Shown: positions 1-13,103, counted from the whole stretch's first letter. The stretch is DNA of 63,949 nt, filler included, from Reticulomyxa filosa (GCA_000512085.1; 16 parts of 16 records of this genome joined end to end with filler, not necessarily neighbours in it); one strand, 5' to 3'. Program-made: numbers and translations. Notes: generated from the letters alone by a model not told the origin.

Positions 1-39
1 ATTTAATGGATATGACTCTTATGTTGGTGGATATTCAAT

Positions 40-145
40 TGTTACCATTTAATTGTGATCAATATTTATGTGATAATACTGTTTGTATACGCGATATTGA
101 AGCATTTACAACACTGCATATCTTTAAAGAGCATACAAAATGAAG
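40..145 (+). pseudogene. Degraded WD40-repeat fragment
   Basis: Reads DNTVCIRDIEAFTTLHIFKEHTK*, which resembles the WD40 motif DxTVxIWD...F.GH. No long ORF. Confidence 0.35.
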
Positions 146-435
146 TTAGTTTTATTGATTTTCCATCACATAAATAAAAATATTCGATCGTAAAAACAAA
201 TTTGTATATTCAAAATAGATTGAAGCTATTGATTATTCTCGTCCATTTTTAAATAATTCAATACCTTTTTGATAATTCGATAAAATAAACAATTGTAAAG
301 AAAATGATAAAATATAGTTTTATAATATAAAAAAAAGTGTATTAATACTAATTAACATTTAAATTTTGTTTGTCTTAAACTACAATTCAAGATAAACAAC
401 AATAACAGAAAATTTTTTTTATTTCTGTCCATTTT

Positions 436-1604
436 TCATCCCCAAATTCGAATAGTTTTGTCAATTGAACATGATACAAGTGTATTTCCATCTGCTGAAA
501 CATCCACTGCTATTACAGCACCAAAATAACCTTCTAATCTTTGTATTTCTTTTCCAGATTTCACATCCCACAATCGAATCGTCTCATCATCTGAACAAGA
601 CACAATAGTTTGGCCATCTGGAAAATATTTCACATCATTCACTTCATCTTTATGTCCTTCCAATTTTTTCAATTCCTTTCCTTGTTTCACATCCCATATT
701 CTAATTGTTCTGTCAAGTGAGCATGACACAATAAATTGACTGCCTGGAGAGAACTTTGCATGTCGTATATATCCTGAATGTCCTTTTAATTGTCTCAATC
801 GTTTACCAGTTTTTACGTCCCATAAACAAATTGTTCTATCATAAGAGGATGATACAATCATTTGACTATCGTGTGAAAATTGTGCACTCAGCACAGCATC
901 TGAATGACCCATTAGAGTTTGAGTCACTTCACCTGTATTTATGTCCCATATTTGTATCGTTTTATCAAACGAACATGACACAATACTTTTACCATCTGGA
1001 GAAAAGTTCACATCTAATACCCAGTCTAAATGTCCCACAAATTCCATCACTTGTCTTTCTAATTTTATATTCCATAATTGTATTGTTTTATCCTCTGAGC
1101 ATGATACAATACTATCTCCGTCTGGCGAAAATTCTGCGGCAAAAACTTTATCAGAATGTCCTTCTATAGCTTGAATCTCTTTTCCCGATGCAACGTCCCA
1201 AATTTGAACTATTTTATCATCCGACGATGAAACAATCTTGCGACCGTCTAACGAAAACCTTACGCTTTTTATTTCCTTGTTATATCCTCTTAAAACTTTT
1301 AACAACTGAAAGTATTTGGCCTACGTGTAAACATTATCAATAGTCATTAGTAGGTAAACATAGTTTATTTAAACTCACTAAAACGACTTAACGTATTGTG
1401 CAACAATTTTTTCAAAATCGCTTATCCATCCTAATCCAACATTAAAACTTCGAACCCAATTTTGAGTTATTACTTTTATCTCTTTTTCTGACTGGTCCAT
1501 ACAAAAAAGTCGTTACTTTGGACAATATCAAATATATTATGAAATGTACCAAAACTTACCAACTGTGGTACTATATACTCTTCTTTGTTGGTAATAGTAC
1601 TCAT
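436..1604 (-). CDS. WD40 beta-propeller protein (7 repeats) with short N-terminal helical motif; 3 exons
   Basis: ORF 436-1305 has repeated GH..V....FSPDG..IVS.S.D.TI..WD units. Upstream exons 1560-1604 (MSTITNKEEYIVPQL, then GTAAG) and ~1394-1492 (SEKEIKVITQNWVRSFNVGLGWISDFEKIVAQY) join in frame through GT-AG introns. Confidence 0.9.
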
Positions 1605-2343
1605 TCCTTATTTGAAACGGAGAATGACAAGTCAATGTTGCACCTTTAAACAACTTTGAATTTATTGCATTTCCTTTTTTTTTTTACGAAAACTACTGCA
1701 AACTCGATTGTAAAAAAATAAAAATATCCTTTTTCTCAATTCAATAAAAGATAATTACTCATTTTTGAGAATGCTTATTATCTTTATGGTTACAAAAAAT
1801 TTTTTTAGTTTCCAACGGTAATCTTCGTCATTTTTATTCACTTTTCGGCGTTACATTACACTTGGACGCTTCAAGACTTGTGGTCTCAAAACCAAAATTG
1901 TTGAAATACATATAATCCCTCTTTGGTAAACTTAGTGGTGAAAATTTTTTCGAAGAACATTACTTATTTGTTTTTGGAGTTTTCGGCAGCCAAGAATTTT
2001 CAGTTACAATTAAAATTGTTGATTACTGATTTTTAAAAAAAATTCCTACTGTTAGTCTAGTCTCTTGAGCTGTCTGCCAACCGCTGATGAAGAAACTAAG
2101 AATTTTTGTTCAATGAAAGTGTGAATTTTTTTGGCAAAACAAACTAAAGGAAAATATCTTAAAATTAGGTTTTGAGAACACCAAATTCCATATTTTAAAA
2201 AAATTTTCAAAAATGTGGAAAGCAAGTTTCAAAACAGACACTTTTATTTTCAAAATTTGGAGGAAAAAAAGAACAAGTAAGATGAAAAAAAAAAAAAAAG
2301 ATGATAAGATAGAAAAGATTTCCTGGGCTTTTCCTTGTCATAT

Positions 2344-4973
2344 TCATAACGATGATAGTTCAGCAACGGTTTTCGCCAAATCACCTTTGTTGTTGACTAA
2401 CAAACACATGATTTGATTTTTATCGTGGAATCCCATTTCGGAAATGCATTGCACAAAGTCGTCGTACTGCAATTGATAAAGTCGGTACTGTTGCATGGGA
2501 TCGTTTTCATTAGCTATTCCTTGCACAGGCTCTTTTCTTTCTACCGCAGATGCACTGTCTTGAGATCTCGGAGAAGAAGAAGAAGAAGAAGATAATTGTT
2601 CGCTCTCACTACTTTCCTTATTTTCGTCGTTTTTGTTATTGCCGTGACTATGTTTTGCACATTGCAAACAAAAGCCATGTTGAGAAGGATGGCTCACACT
2701 CTGGCGAAGCGGACAGTGGAAAATGAACGGTTCGGCCGAACAATCTCCCTCGCACTTGTTACACGTGATCAGCATCGTGCCATACGCTCTCATGGGCGAG
2801 ATCTGCATCATGGTGCAGCCGCATGTACACATAGCATGTGGTGCAAGCTCCACCATTTTCTTACATTTCTTATGTTTATCCTTGGCTTGGCCATTCATGT
2901 CCATGTCCGTGTATACGTTCGTGTCCGTTTGCATCTCTTGCTCCTTGCCATGTTTGTGTGAACAAGACTCCATTTTTTTAAATTCTTTGTGTTTATTTTT
3001 GTCCTTTTTCTCCTTCTCTTTGTCCTTGTTCTTGTTCTTGTTCTCCTTCTCCTTGTTCTCCTTCTCCTTGTTCTCCTTCTTGTTCTCCTTGTTGTCCTTC
3101 TTGTTCTCTTTCTCCTTCTTCTTATCCTTATTTTTCTCCTTATCTTTCTCCTTGTCCTTGTCTTTGTTCTCTTTCTTCTTTTCTTTCTTAGTGCTCTTGC
3201 TACTTATATTGCTATTTCTTTTTTCGTTTGCATCTTTGTCTTTCTTTTGTTGCGCTACTCCTTCTTCTTTATTTCTTTCTCCCTCTCCATCAGACGTCTT
3301 TTCATGTTCTTTTTTTTTTATATCGAATGGTGACGGCAATTGCGGTTGCTGCTGTTGATGATAATTATCTTCAGTTTTGCCATCCTTCAGCCCTGGAAAA
3401 TGTAACAGCGCAAGGTTGCGCTCGCACACTGGCTGGGAAATTTTCAACAAAGGGTGCTGCAAAGCGTGGCTCTCTTTTTCCTCACAGCTTTCACATCGGT
3501 CGTAATCTGTACATACAGTACACTTGTATCGCACACCTCGAATAGGGTTGACTCCACAGCTGCTACACTTTGTTCGGTAATGAACTGGCACGCTTTTGCT
3601 CTTTGTTTCCTTTTCATTTTTTTTTTTATATTAAAATGTTTTGCATCAAAAAAAAAAAAAAGTGCTTTTGGCTTGAGAACAGAACGAGTATGATCTCCAA
3701 AGCAATCATTTATTAAATTTTTTAAAAAAAAAAATCCAAACCTGGTCACGCCATGCGTTTACATACATTCTCCACAACTCATTATCTTTACCTTTTCCGA
3801 GTGACATTGACATCAAGCCAACCATGTCTGATACCCATTCAGAGATGTTCTCCTCATCTGTTCATTTTTAGCTTTTTTTTTGAAAAATGCTCCCCCTCTT
3901 TTCTCTACCCGCCTCCAACCGTGTTTTAAAAAAAAAAATTTTTTTTGTTTGTTGTTCATATTTCATCGCAACTGAGTGCCAAAAGAGTGTACGTGAAAAA
4001 AGATGCTTGAGACAGCCACGTTGGTAGCTCATCGGCAATATGTTGCTGGTAGAGTTGGTGTTGGACAATGCGTTCAAACTGGCGTTCTTTCAATACTTTT
4101 GGCACCACAGCCACCAGCGATACTTCTTCCTCATCACTTACCTGTCGGTGTAAACTGCTGCAAATGCGTGCCACAAACTCTGGAAGCAGCTGTTTAATGT
4201 TCTCCACCGACAACAGTTCCACTATCACTTCCTCCCTGTACACCGATCAATCCAATTCACGCATATATTAAACACAGAAAAAAATGACAAAGTGTTTTTT
4301 TTCAATCTTTTTGTCGTTGCAAACTTTTTTTTTTATTGTGACTCTGAAATGGTGACATAATGTAAGTGAATAACAAGCAAGCAGCAGAAGAGAAAAAAAA
4401 AATAAACAAATATTAAACAAATTTTAAAAAAAAAAAAAAAAAAAGAAAAGAAAAGCTAACCAATCACGTTTCGTTGGCTCTGCTTTCGATTTTTCACATT
4501 CAATTCTTTTCTTTTTGTCACTGTGTTTTACTTGCTTTTCTCCCGGCTGTGGCTGTAGGGGTTATATATAGATATATACGTATACACTTTGTGTGTATGG
4601 CGTCTGTGAATAAGCCGAGTGAAATGACTCTGATTTTTGATCAAAAAGCAAATCCACGACACACAACAAGGGAGAAGAGGAAAGAAAAAAGAAAAGACCT
4701 CACTGACGCTGGAAGCTACTCCAATCTGCACAAAAATTTTTAAAGACGACCATTTTTCTTGCTCCGCACATTCAAATGCACTCAACAAATCTTGCTCGTT
4801 GGAAATGTGATCTTGTCTAGTTCGCTGTCCTCAAAACGAAGACTGATGCCATGCTTGCTTGGCAGATTAAAGCTTTTTTCCACAAACGACAACAAATTGG
4901 CATAACGCTCTTCCTCTGGGTAATGCCAACGACGGATATCGTCCTCAAAAGCTACTTTCACTTTCATTATCAA
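2344..4973 (-). CDS. p62/SQSTM1/NBR1-like protein (PB1 - ZZ zinc finger - second Cys/His cluster - UBA); multi-exon
   Basis: PB1-like N-terminus MKVKVAFEDDIRR...LRFEDSELDKIT, continuing NEQDLLSAF...LKIFV after a 1-nt frameshift near 4805. ZZ: CSSCGVNPIRGVRYKCTVCTDYDRCESCE..H...HPLLKI. C-terminal UBA: ISEMGFHD...LLVNNKGDLAKTVAEL. K/E/N-rich linker. Confidence 0.85.
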
Positions 4974-5466
4974 TCACTTCAATCGCACAAAACAAAAAAC
5001 TTAAACAGCTTTTTTAAACTTTAAAGGAACAAGCCTTTCATAGGATGTTCTCATTTTTTTTCTTGGACTTTACGATTATAGATAGATATCTTACTTTATG
5101 CAAAACTAAATTAAATATCCGTTCAAAAAAGATTACATATATGTTGTACGTAGTGCAAGTAAAGCCAAATTTTATTTTTGTGAAAATGCATACAAACAAT
5201 CTATTTGATTTTGTGATTGAGTCTCAGTGCATGCAATTTTTGTTCTTCATATGCAACTGATTGGTTTTGGATGAGAATCCACAAAAGAACAATGTCTTTT
5301 CTTCATGAATTACACACGGTTTAGAATTTTTTGAACAAAAAGAGTACCATTCCACACACTATTGTTCACCACAAACCCTCAAACGACAATTGTATTTTTT
5401 TTACATATTTTTAAAATCTCATTGATTGCTTTGGTTTGTTTTGACCGGAAAAAAAAGGAAAAGATT

Positions 5467-8400
5467 TTACGACCACTTGCCCTTATTTTGGACCAAAAAG
5501 TGCCTACTGTTTTTGAACAAAAAGTGTTGATTGAAGGCTCTCTCTTCATAGCAGCATATTTTACAACATTGGATGCAGCAAATGATCAAAGGACTCCACA
5601 GGAACGCCGTCAATACAAACATGACAAGAGTGGCCGCCACCCATCGTTCAACAGGTTGCAAGTATTGATCAAATAAGTTCACGTAATGTCGAGTGTATTG
5701 ATCATCAGTCAATTCAATGAAGTATGGCTTCTTGTTGAAGTCATGCACAAAGGCTGCGGTTGCATCTGTCGCAACATTATCAATTGCACATACACATATG
5801 CATATCTATACATATATACACATATATATAAATAGCAAAAAAAAAAAGATTTAAAACTGTAATCTCTATAAGTTCGCAAGGAGATGTCAACAGATGAGGG
5901 ACAATCGGATTTGATACTGATGTCATTGTTTAAGTGTAGCAAATTGAATTCCAGCGAGCAGACAAAGATGACAACGAAGCAGAACACGGTCCAAAGAACG
6001 CACAGACACCAGCCGACATTCTTGCAGCCTCGTGGCAATCGATAATGCTTATCCACCAGATATTGTCTCAGTTCATTTGCTGCTACAAAACGTCCCTGCA
6101 AGTGTCCAAAGATAAAAAAAGGTTGGTTGATTGATTTGATTGGTTGTCTTTTTTTTTTTTTTAAAAAAAAGGGATATCACAATGAACATACGGCATCAAA
6201 GTTATTTTCCTCCAATGCTTTGGTTAACCATTTCCGTTCCCTTGGACTCAACGACTTGATTTGTTTCCGAGACAGAACCACTTCCAGCTTTTTTTTCTTT
6301 TTCTTGACGTCGATAGATCCGGCGGGAACGGTCCTGGGTTCAAAGTTTCTCGTTACCTCCTCTTCTTCCGTGAAATGATAGGAGTCGGTTTCCATACCTC
6401 GTCGCATTGGATGGGGAGATTCCCACGACGGTTGGTCAGGCGCCAGACTACCACTCTGCGGGTTTGCATTTGAGGGGTCATTGTTATTCTCGTTTCCAAT
6501 ATTCGGAGGTTTGACAAAGCTGTCAAGATTTATGTGCTGTGGGTTTGCTGGGCCGGGTTCGCTCGACTCGCTCGAGTCCTCGTCTGCATTCACTTCGTCT
6601 GGCTCATCGCCGTTGTATTGCACACTAATCCGAGTTTCTTGCGTTCTGTTATCTGTTTCAATTCATTTTTTTTTTTTTTTTTTGGATTGAAATCAATTAT
6701 TTGTTTGTTTGTTTTTTTTTTTTTTTTTTTAAAATCAAGTTTTGAGAAACTTTTTTTATTTGGCTTTGTGTTGGCTGATTCCTGCGGTTGAGGCGCTTGC
6801 TGTTGTTGTTGCTTTGCGACCTGCGCGCGAAAATCGGAAACGGACTCTTGGTCCGACTCTCGTCGTTGCTGTTGCTGCATGTTGAAGAGCGCTTGGAAGT
6901 CTTCTTCCTTTTCGGTTCCATTCGACCTGCTACTGGCTCCAAACTTTTGTGAGGGGAAATTCACCTGTTTATGATATACATCCACTCTTATTCTACGCAC
7001 ATACACACACACAAGCATATTCGACACAGATATAAATGCAATGTACAAACTGGAGCGAATGAAGATTGATAGGAGGCCGGGAGTGGCGGATGCGTGTCGA
7101 CGCCGCCCATTTCGCTAATGGTTGTGCCACGATCTCGCTTTTGCTCTTCGTCGTCGTTATTTTCTTCTTCTTCTTCATTGTGGTTCCCTCGACCTCCCTG
7201 GTCTTCTTGATTGGAGACAATGGGTGGCTCTTGACTGAACACAGGCGGATTTAAAGCTCTTCTGCTGTTATTGTTATTACCATTGTTATTATTATTATTA
7301 TTATTATTGTTATTGTTATTGTTATTATTGTTGTTATTAAGAATAGGATTGTCATTGCCAGGTGTCTCTGCAGTAGGGTCACTGCCTTTGCCCAATTTCG
7401 GCATGCTGTATCCTGGTGTATCTTGTTCGGTATGTTTGTACATTGCATTTTCATCCACACTTGCGGCGTCGTCATTGTCCTCGGCTTTTGCGGCGGGCTC
7501 TTCACGGACGTTGCGTGAAGAAGAAACAATATTCGAAGGAATAATGACATTGCCGCCGTCGTTGTCATTGTCGTTGTCGTTGTTATCGTCATGTTCACTA
7601 CCGCTAACGCTGTCCTCCGCTTGTTGATGTATAGATGGCTGTGGTTGGCGCGATTGATCGCCGTTGTTATCAGGCCCTCCTTTCGTGACATTCATTTGCA
7701 TGGCCAAATGGAACGCATACTGCTCAGATCGTTTGTCGTCCTGCTGTTTGCGCTCGACTATCGCCTTTTGATCGACCATTTTTTGCTTGGGCGTGGACGC
7801 CGCTGGAACGGGCTGCACGACCACTGCCTTTGGCGACGACATCAATGGCTGCTGTTGTTGTTGTTGTTGTTGTTGCTGTTGCTGCGAAAATATCACCACT
7901 TGCGGCTGCACCGGCAGTGGCATTTGCATTTGCATTTGCATTTGCACGGGCATTGCGACAAACATCGGGGCAGAAACTTGAGTTGGTGTCTGTACACTGG
8001 CCTCGCTTTCAGACGCGACGGAAGAGTGAAACTCTCGCTTGGAAGCCAAACGACCACTGCTGTTTGGATTGGCCATTGACTGCGATTGCAATTGAGACTG
8101 CAATTGAGACTGCGACTCGAAACGACCAGCCAACTGACGCACGCTGTTGTTGCTGCCCATTGCGATATTGGACGAACTGTCTTGGGATAGACCTCCTCCC
8201 TGCTGGGCCAGGGAGATGGGCACCAACATCTTCACCGATCCCGGCTCGTTGTTCAATACTGCAAATGCCATTGCGGGCTGCTGTCCTTGCGGACGTGCCA
8301 TCGGAGAGCCCGGCTCCGTCATCTCTTCCGCACCTTCTCGGTGTTCGTCGGGCACATTTGTTTTCAAATCCACGCCGTTGTTCTCGTTCGTTGCCCTCTC

Positions 8401-9732
8401 ATTCTGCGTTTGCTTTATCTCCTCCACCAGCCTCTGTTCGTTCTTCGTCCGTCCGTATTTCTTTTCGTACACTTGCATCGCCTCCTCTTCTTTCACTGCA
8501 TCACTTTTATTTATCATATGTATACGTGTCATAGTATATGTAAGACGATACACTTTAAAAGGTTTGTGTTTGTGTTTGTGTGGTTTGATTGCTAAACACG
8601 ACATCCGCGGGTTTACTGTTCTGGAACAGGCATTTCACGATCCATGGAGGCAACATCACAATTATGGAAAAGGCAATAATAAAATATGCTTCTGGAATTG
8701 GCTGTAAAGACAGTTTGAATGTTTTAGTCAAAGATATATATATGTACATATATGTTTTTTTTTTTTTTGGGATTGGAAAGAGGGGAGAGGAAGGCCTAGA
8801 AGCAATAATATGTACATACAAAAAAAAAAAACTTAGCGTATTTTCGATAAAAAGAATAAAAGGCAGCGGTAGTAGCAAACATGGTTAAGAGGAACATAGC
8901 ACACACGGCGACTCGTTTCTGATTGGAACACGCAGATAAAAACAAAACGTGCCAACGACAACAACAACAACAACAACAACAACAAACAACTCGTATGATA
9001 ATATACTTTACGACAAAACTCACCCTTGCATAAATATCATTACATACCCTCGAGGCAAAGTGCGTGCCGGACACATAGCAACACACTCCCAAGCAAAAGT
9101 GTTCTTGTGGACAATTCAAAAACAGCAATTTGCACCACTTGAGACAGAGATTGCTATTGCTGTCCAAAATGGACGCCGTGAGTGAGTCCATACGTGTTTT
9201 CCAAATAGAGTTGGAACAGCGACTCTTGGTTTAACAAGAGCGGCTTGTCACTTCCGCTGCGATAAAACAAACACGTGCTTTCAAACAGTACTAATAACAC
9301 TCCCGGCACTACCGCCGCCGGCCAGCGCTTTTTCGTGTTTTCGATTGTTATGAAACAGTATCTTGTTACAAGTCATATCCATTGCATTCAAACGAACAGA
9401 TGACAAAAAAAAAAATTAAGTTGGAATGCAAAACTGTGGGAACATAGGCTCTTCAGGTAAGCGATCTTCGCATGATACGGTATGACGATTGCAGTAAATA
9501 ATGTTCCGTCCAAATGATTGCATGCACATTCCGTCCAGTTGCCTTTTATGGAAACCACCCAGCATCCATCTGAGGATCAATCATTGACCATCTGAATGGT
9601 AGTACATGATATGTAAGTATACAAAGTATGTATACGTATGTATGTGTGCATAAGAAGGGATTGTACATATATCAACATGAATGCTATTTCAAAAAAAAAA
9701 AAAGACTGTGTCCCAAAACACGCATTGGCTGA
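5467..9732 (-). CDS. GPS(GAIN)-motif, polycystin-1-like multi-pass membrane protein; 5'-truncated, possibly a pseudogene
   Basis: Spliced GPS motif CVFWDT|MVND*SSDGCWVVSIKGNWTECACNHLDGTLF, followed by a hydrophobic segment (WPAAVVPGVLLVLF). PKD1-like segments EHFCLGVCCYVSGTHFASR..QKRVAVCAMFLLTMFATTAAFY and YRLPRGCKNVGWCLCVLWTVFCFVVIFVCSLEF flank a long N/Q-rich loop (ORF 6988-8604). Confidence 0.65.
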
Positions 9733-9880
9733 TACAGTAGAATGCAAAGTAAGTTGACACCAAAATGGCACCTTATAGAGATGATTGATTTTCTTCATGA
9801 AAAAACAACATTCAGACCTAATTTTTTTTTTTAAATATCATTTTGGTTTTTTGTTACATATTTACTAATTGTTTAAAAAA
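9733..9880 (+). mobile_element. End of a TA-flanked, CAGT-terminated DNA transposon/MITE (family A)
   Basis: Starts TA|CAGTAGAATGCAAAGTAAGTTGACACC...; near-identical in reverse complement to 27388-27564. Similarity ends within a few bases of the TA. Confidence 0.65.
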
Positions 9881-10288
9881 TTTGAATATTTTATTCATTT
9901 TTGAAATTTTCGAGAAAAAGTTGGCAATCGTGACTAGGTCGTAACCATGAAACTTGCTAACTTTTTAAAAGCATTTTCAAAAAGTTCTCAATGTGTAGAT
10001 ATTTGTAAAAAAAAGATTAGTCTCTACGTTGCGTAGTTTTTGAGAAAACTCAATTTTTTATTAACAAAAAATTTTTTTTTTGCAGAATTTAATGTTTTTT
10101 TGCAAAGTTTGTACATTGTGAAAGTATGATGGTTTTTGACTGTTTGCTTTGTCTTTACTTGTTATTGGTTTTTTTGCGTTTTTTTTGTNNNNNNNNNNNN
10201 NNNNNNNNNNNNNNNNNNNNNNNNNNNNNNNNTTAATTAATTAANNNNNNNNNNNNNNNNNNNNNNNNNNNNNNNNNNNNNNNNNNNN

Positions 10289-11079
10289 GAAAAAAAAAAT
10301 ACAGAAAAAAAAACAACTTGCCGGCAAGTTCACGGAGTGGGTTAACGAACATATAAAAACAAAGAATTTCTATGATGAATTCAAGCACCATCATTACAAG
10401 CATAACAAGTCGATCCGGTGGCGTCCAAAGGTATTTGCAAAACCCTCCGTTTTCATCGTATGCAATCTCATTATGTCTGACCGCGAATGCTGTCGTACTC
10501 ACTGTCACCCAAAGCAATATTACCAAATATACTGCTCGAAAACCCCATACGTACGATGCTGTAAATATAGATCTTTCAAAGACCACCTGACATATATTAA
10601 TTCTTTTTTAAAAAAAATAACAAGGATGTGCATATGCATATGTGAGAACATTACCTTGATTCGGAAGACTAATACACACCACAGACATAATTTAGTTATC
10701 ATGAAACTACCATGCAACAATACGATTATGCCAATACATCTTTTCATGGTTTTTTTTTATGTCGTGATATAAATTGATAAAATCGCAATAACAAAATCAT
10801 AATTAAAAAAAACTTACGAAAAAACAAGACCAAGTTTTGATGCATTAAGGATATACAATATGTTCCAGCAAAGTCCCGCAATTAACAAACAATTTGTCAT
10901 CAATCTTGTTCTCATGAAACACTCTACTTTTTTCTTTGCGCTTGGGCAGTGTGTGCAGTACTTGCAAAGTACTCCGTATATACGTGCCATGATATCAAAC
11001 CAACAAATAGCACTAAAAATATACCACAAAAGATAATAATAAATTTAGGAAAAAATGAAAAATCTTTTAAATCTTTCAT
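10289..11079 (-). CDS. 7TM/GPCR-like membrane protein, N-terminal part; multi-exon, 3'-truncated by the contig end
   Basis: Successive hydrophobic helices: FIIIFCGIFLVLFVGLISW; NCLLIAGLCWNILYI; CIGIIVLLHGSFMITKLCLWCVLVFR; VYLVILLWVTVST; LVMLVMMVLEFIIEILCFYMFVNPL. One frameshift in an A-run near 10930. Confidence 0.6.
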
Positions 11080-11609
11080 TTTTTTGGGCAAAGTGGTGTC
11101 CTTTGCCGTCTTAGAGAATTTTTCTTTGTTGTTTCAGGAATCCCTCAAAAGTTAGGTTTTACACATACCATGTATTGATATGTGTGTTTGTCAACAGTTG
11201 TTTATTTAATTACGTCATTCACTCTTTTTGAAAAATGTACAGTAGGTTGCAGAAAAATATTACATCAAAAGTATATGTCCTAAAAAAATTAAAAGTTAAT
11301 TGCAATGCAAAGCAAAAACAAAAAATTAAATTGAATTTTTGGAAAAATAGATAATCTTAATGAGGTGGTATTTTATGCGCCAGTTTTTTCTGAGCATACC
11401 TAAAATAATAATAAAACAAGAACTGTTACGTATGAAATTTTGATTAGTATATACAAGATTGAAATTTATATATTTTAAAAACAGTTAATAACTGCAGCTC
11501 AATTGTAGAGTATCAATAAAAGTTTTTGTCATATACTGTAATGTGATCTGGATCGGAAAAGTAAATTGTGTCTTAAAAGATAATGCCAAAATTAAATTAA
11601 AAGTGTGGG

Positions 11610-11827
11610 GAGTCTACTGTGGAGAATCTGCACTAAATGTAATACGAAAGGAACTTAGTTCCAAAAAAACAATTTCAATAAAAGGAAAGTAAATTAAAGA
11701 GAATAATGACAAAAGGAAAGTAAGAAAAGACAAGGAAGCAAGAAGTAGTTAACTGAGGAAGTTTAACCAAAGGGAGCTCCTCAGTTCCATACAAGTTCAG
11801 CTATGTGTGATAAGGGCTTGCCCTACA
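11610..11827 (+). repeat. Dispersed ~220-240 bp repeat (family B, possibly solo-LTR-like)
   Basis: Shares GCACTAAATGTAATACGAAAG, GGAAGTTTAACC, an A/G-rich core and a ...CTACA end with 23632-23867. Confidence 0.6.
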
Positions 11828-13103
11828 ATATCATTATGAGTTTAAAGCATATTTTTATTTTGTGTACTTTTGTTGAAACTTTAAGAAATGGAGTAATTCA
11901 GTCGCAATTTGTGATGCTTCAACTGTTGAAAATATGTCCAATAGCTTTTTGTTAACATAGAGTTTCTAATGCCACCAACAGTAAGAATCAAATATGTTCA
12001 AGACTATTTTTTATATTTACAATGCTATAGTTGCTTTGTTTCTTATGTTTCATTGATTTCTCACAAGTTTGAGATTATATTGTGTTACGCCGTACCACAA
12101 AAAAGGCATTCGAAAAGTTGTGTGCTTGTTAACAAGCATTTTCAAAAAGAATTTCAAATTGTTGCCATTTAGCACACAAAAAATCTGTTTCATGTATTTT
12201 TAAAAACAAAATAGCACATGAAAAATATTCAACTTATTTTTTCTTAAAAATTTTTAAAAAGTGTATTGCATGTGCATAAATAGTATTTTTGGTTTATTTC
12301 AATATCAATTTAATCAAAATAATAAAACGTATATTGCACAAATAAAATATTAGATTGTAGATTTAAATTTTCAACATAAGAGACATATTTTAAAATGAAA
12401 ATATATTATTACAGCACATGCAAGACACTTTTTAAAAATTTTTTGCATAACATAATTTACTGCAACTTTTTTTATGTGACTTTTTTAGGCCAAAATAACA
12501 GCTTTTGATAATATTATGATAACAAAGTGACTTTTTGCAAAAAAGAAATTTTTAAGTTCAGTACTTTCGATTGTACATTATACGTAATCAAGAGAGAAGC
12601 AACATTATAAAATCTATTCTTGCGTTTGAGTCTGTCTTTTTAAACATTTTTTACATTAACAGCTATAATAACTACACAACCTAAATCTATTGACTAAACC
12701 AAAAGAGCTAAAAAAAATTATACTTATATTATTCTTTGTTCTTGCTCGTATTTTGATATAACAAACACTAAAAGAGATCTCAAAACTGTTTTTGTTACAT
12801 TGAAAATTTTCATAAAAGAGAGCAATATAGTAAACGCTAGATTAAATACATAAAAAAAGAAAAAGGCAGTCAACAATTTTTAAAGCTTACAAACACCGCA
12901 ATAATGGCAAGAAAAAGGAAAAACTCGTTAAATCTAGCAGCAGCTGAACGTCAATATCAAAGACCACAATCACACATAAATTGTAATTCTGTTAATTTTA
13001 TTTTGTCCAGTTTAATTTTCAATAGCAAGATTAGCACTTTGAGTATTTCTTTCTTTTTATCATTCCAAAGAATGATAAAATTTGTCACAACAGTTTTCTA
13101 GTT

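Noticed and set aside
2723-3358. Long hydrophobic antisense ORFs (also 7271-7627, 54812-55228, 56492-57496)
   Set aside because: These are shadows of K/E/N-rich low-complexity coding sequence on the opposite strand.
9577-9579. TGA-to-Trp genetic code reassignment
   Set aside because: TGA terminates intact genes in this window (WD40, Rab, caspase-TPR) and Trp is TGG elsewhere. One case is not evidence.
10189-10288. Recurrent TTAATTAATTAA palindrome flanked by Ns, as a biological repeat
   Set aside because: Artificial linker of fixed 100-nt length with six-frame stops. Adjacency across it carries no meaning.
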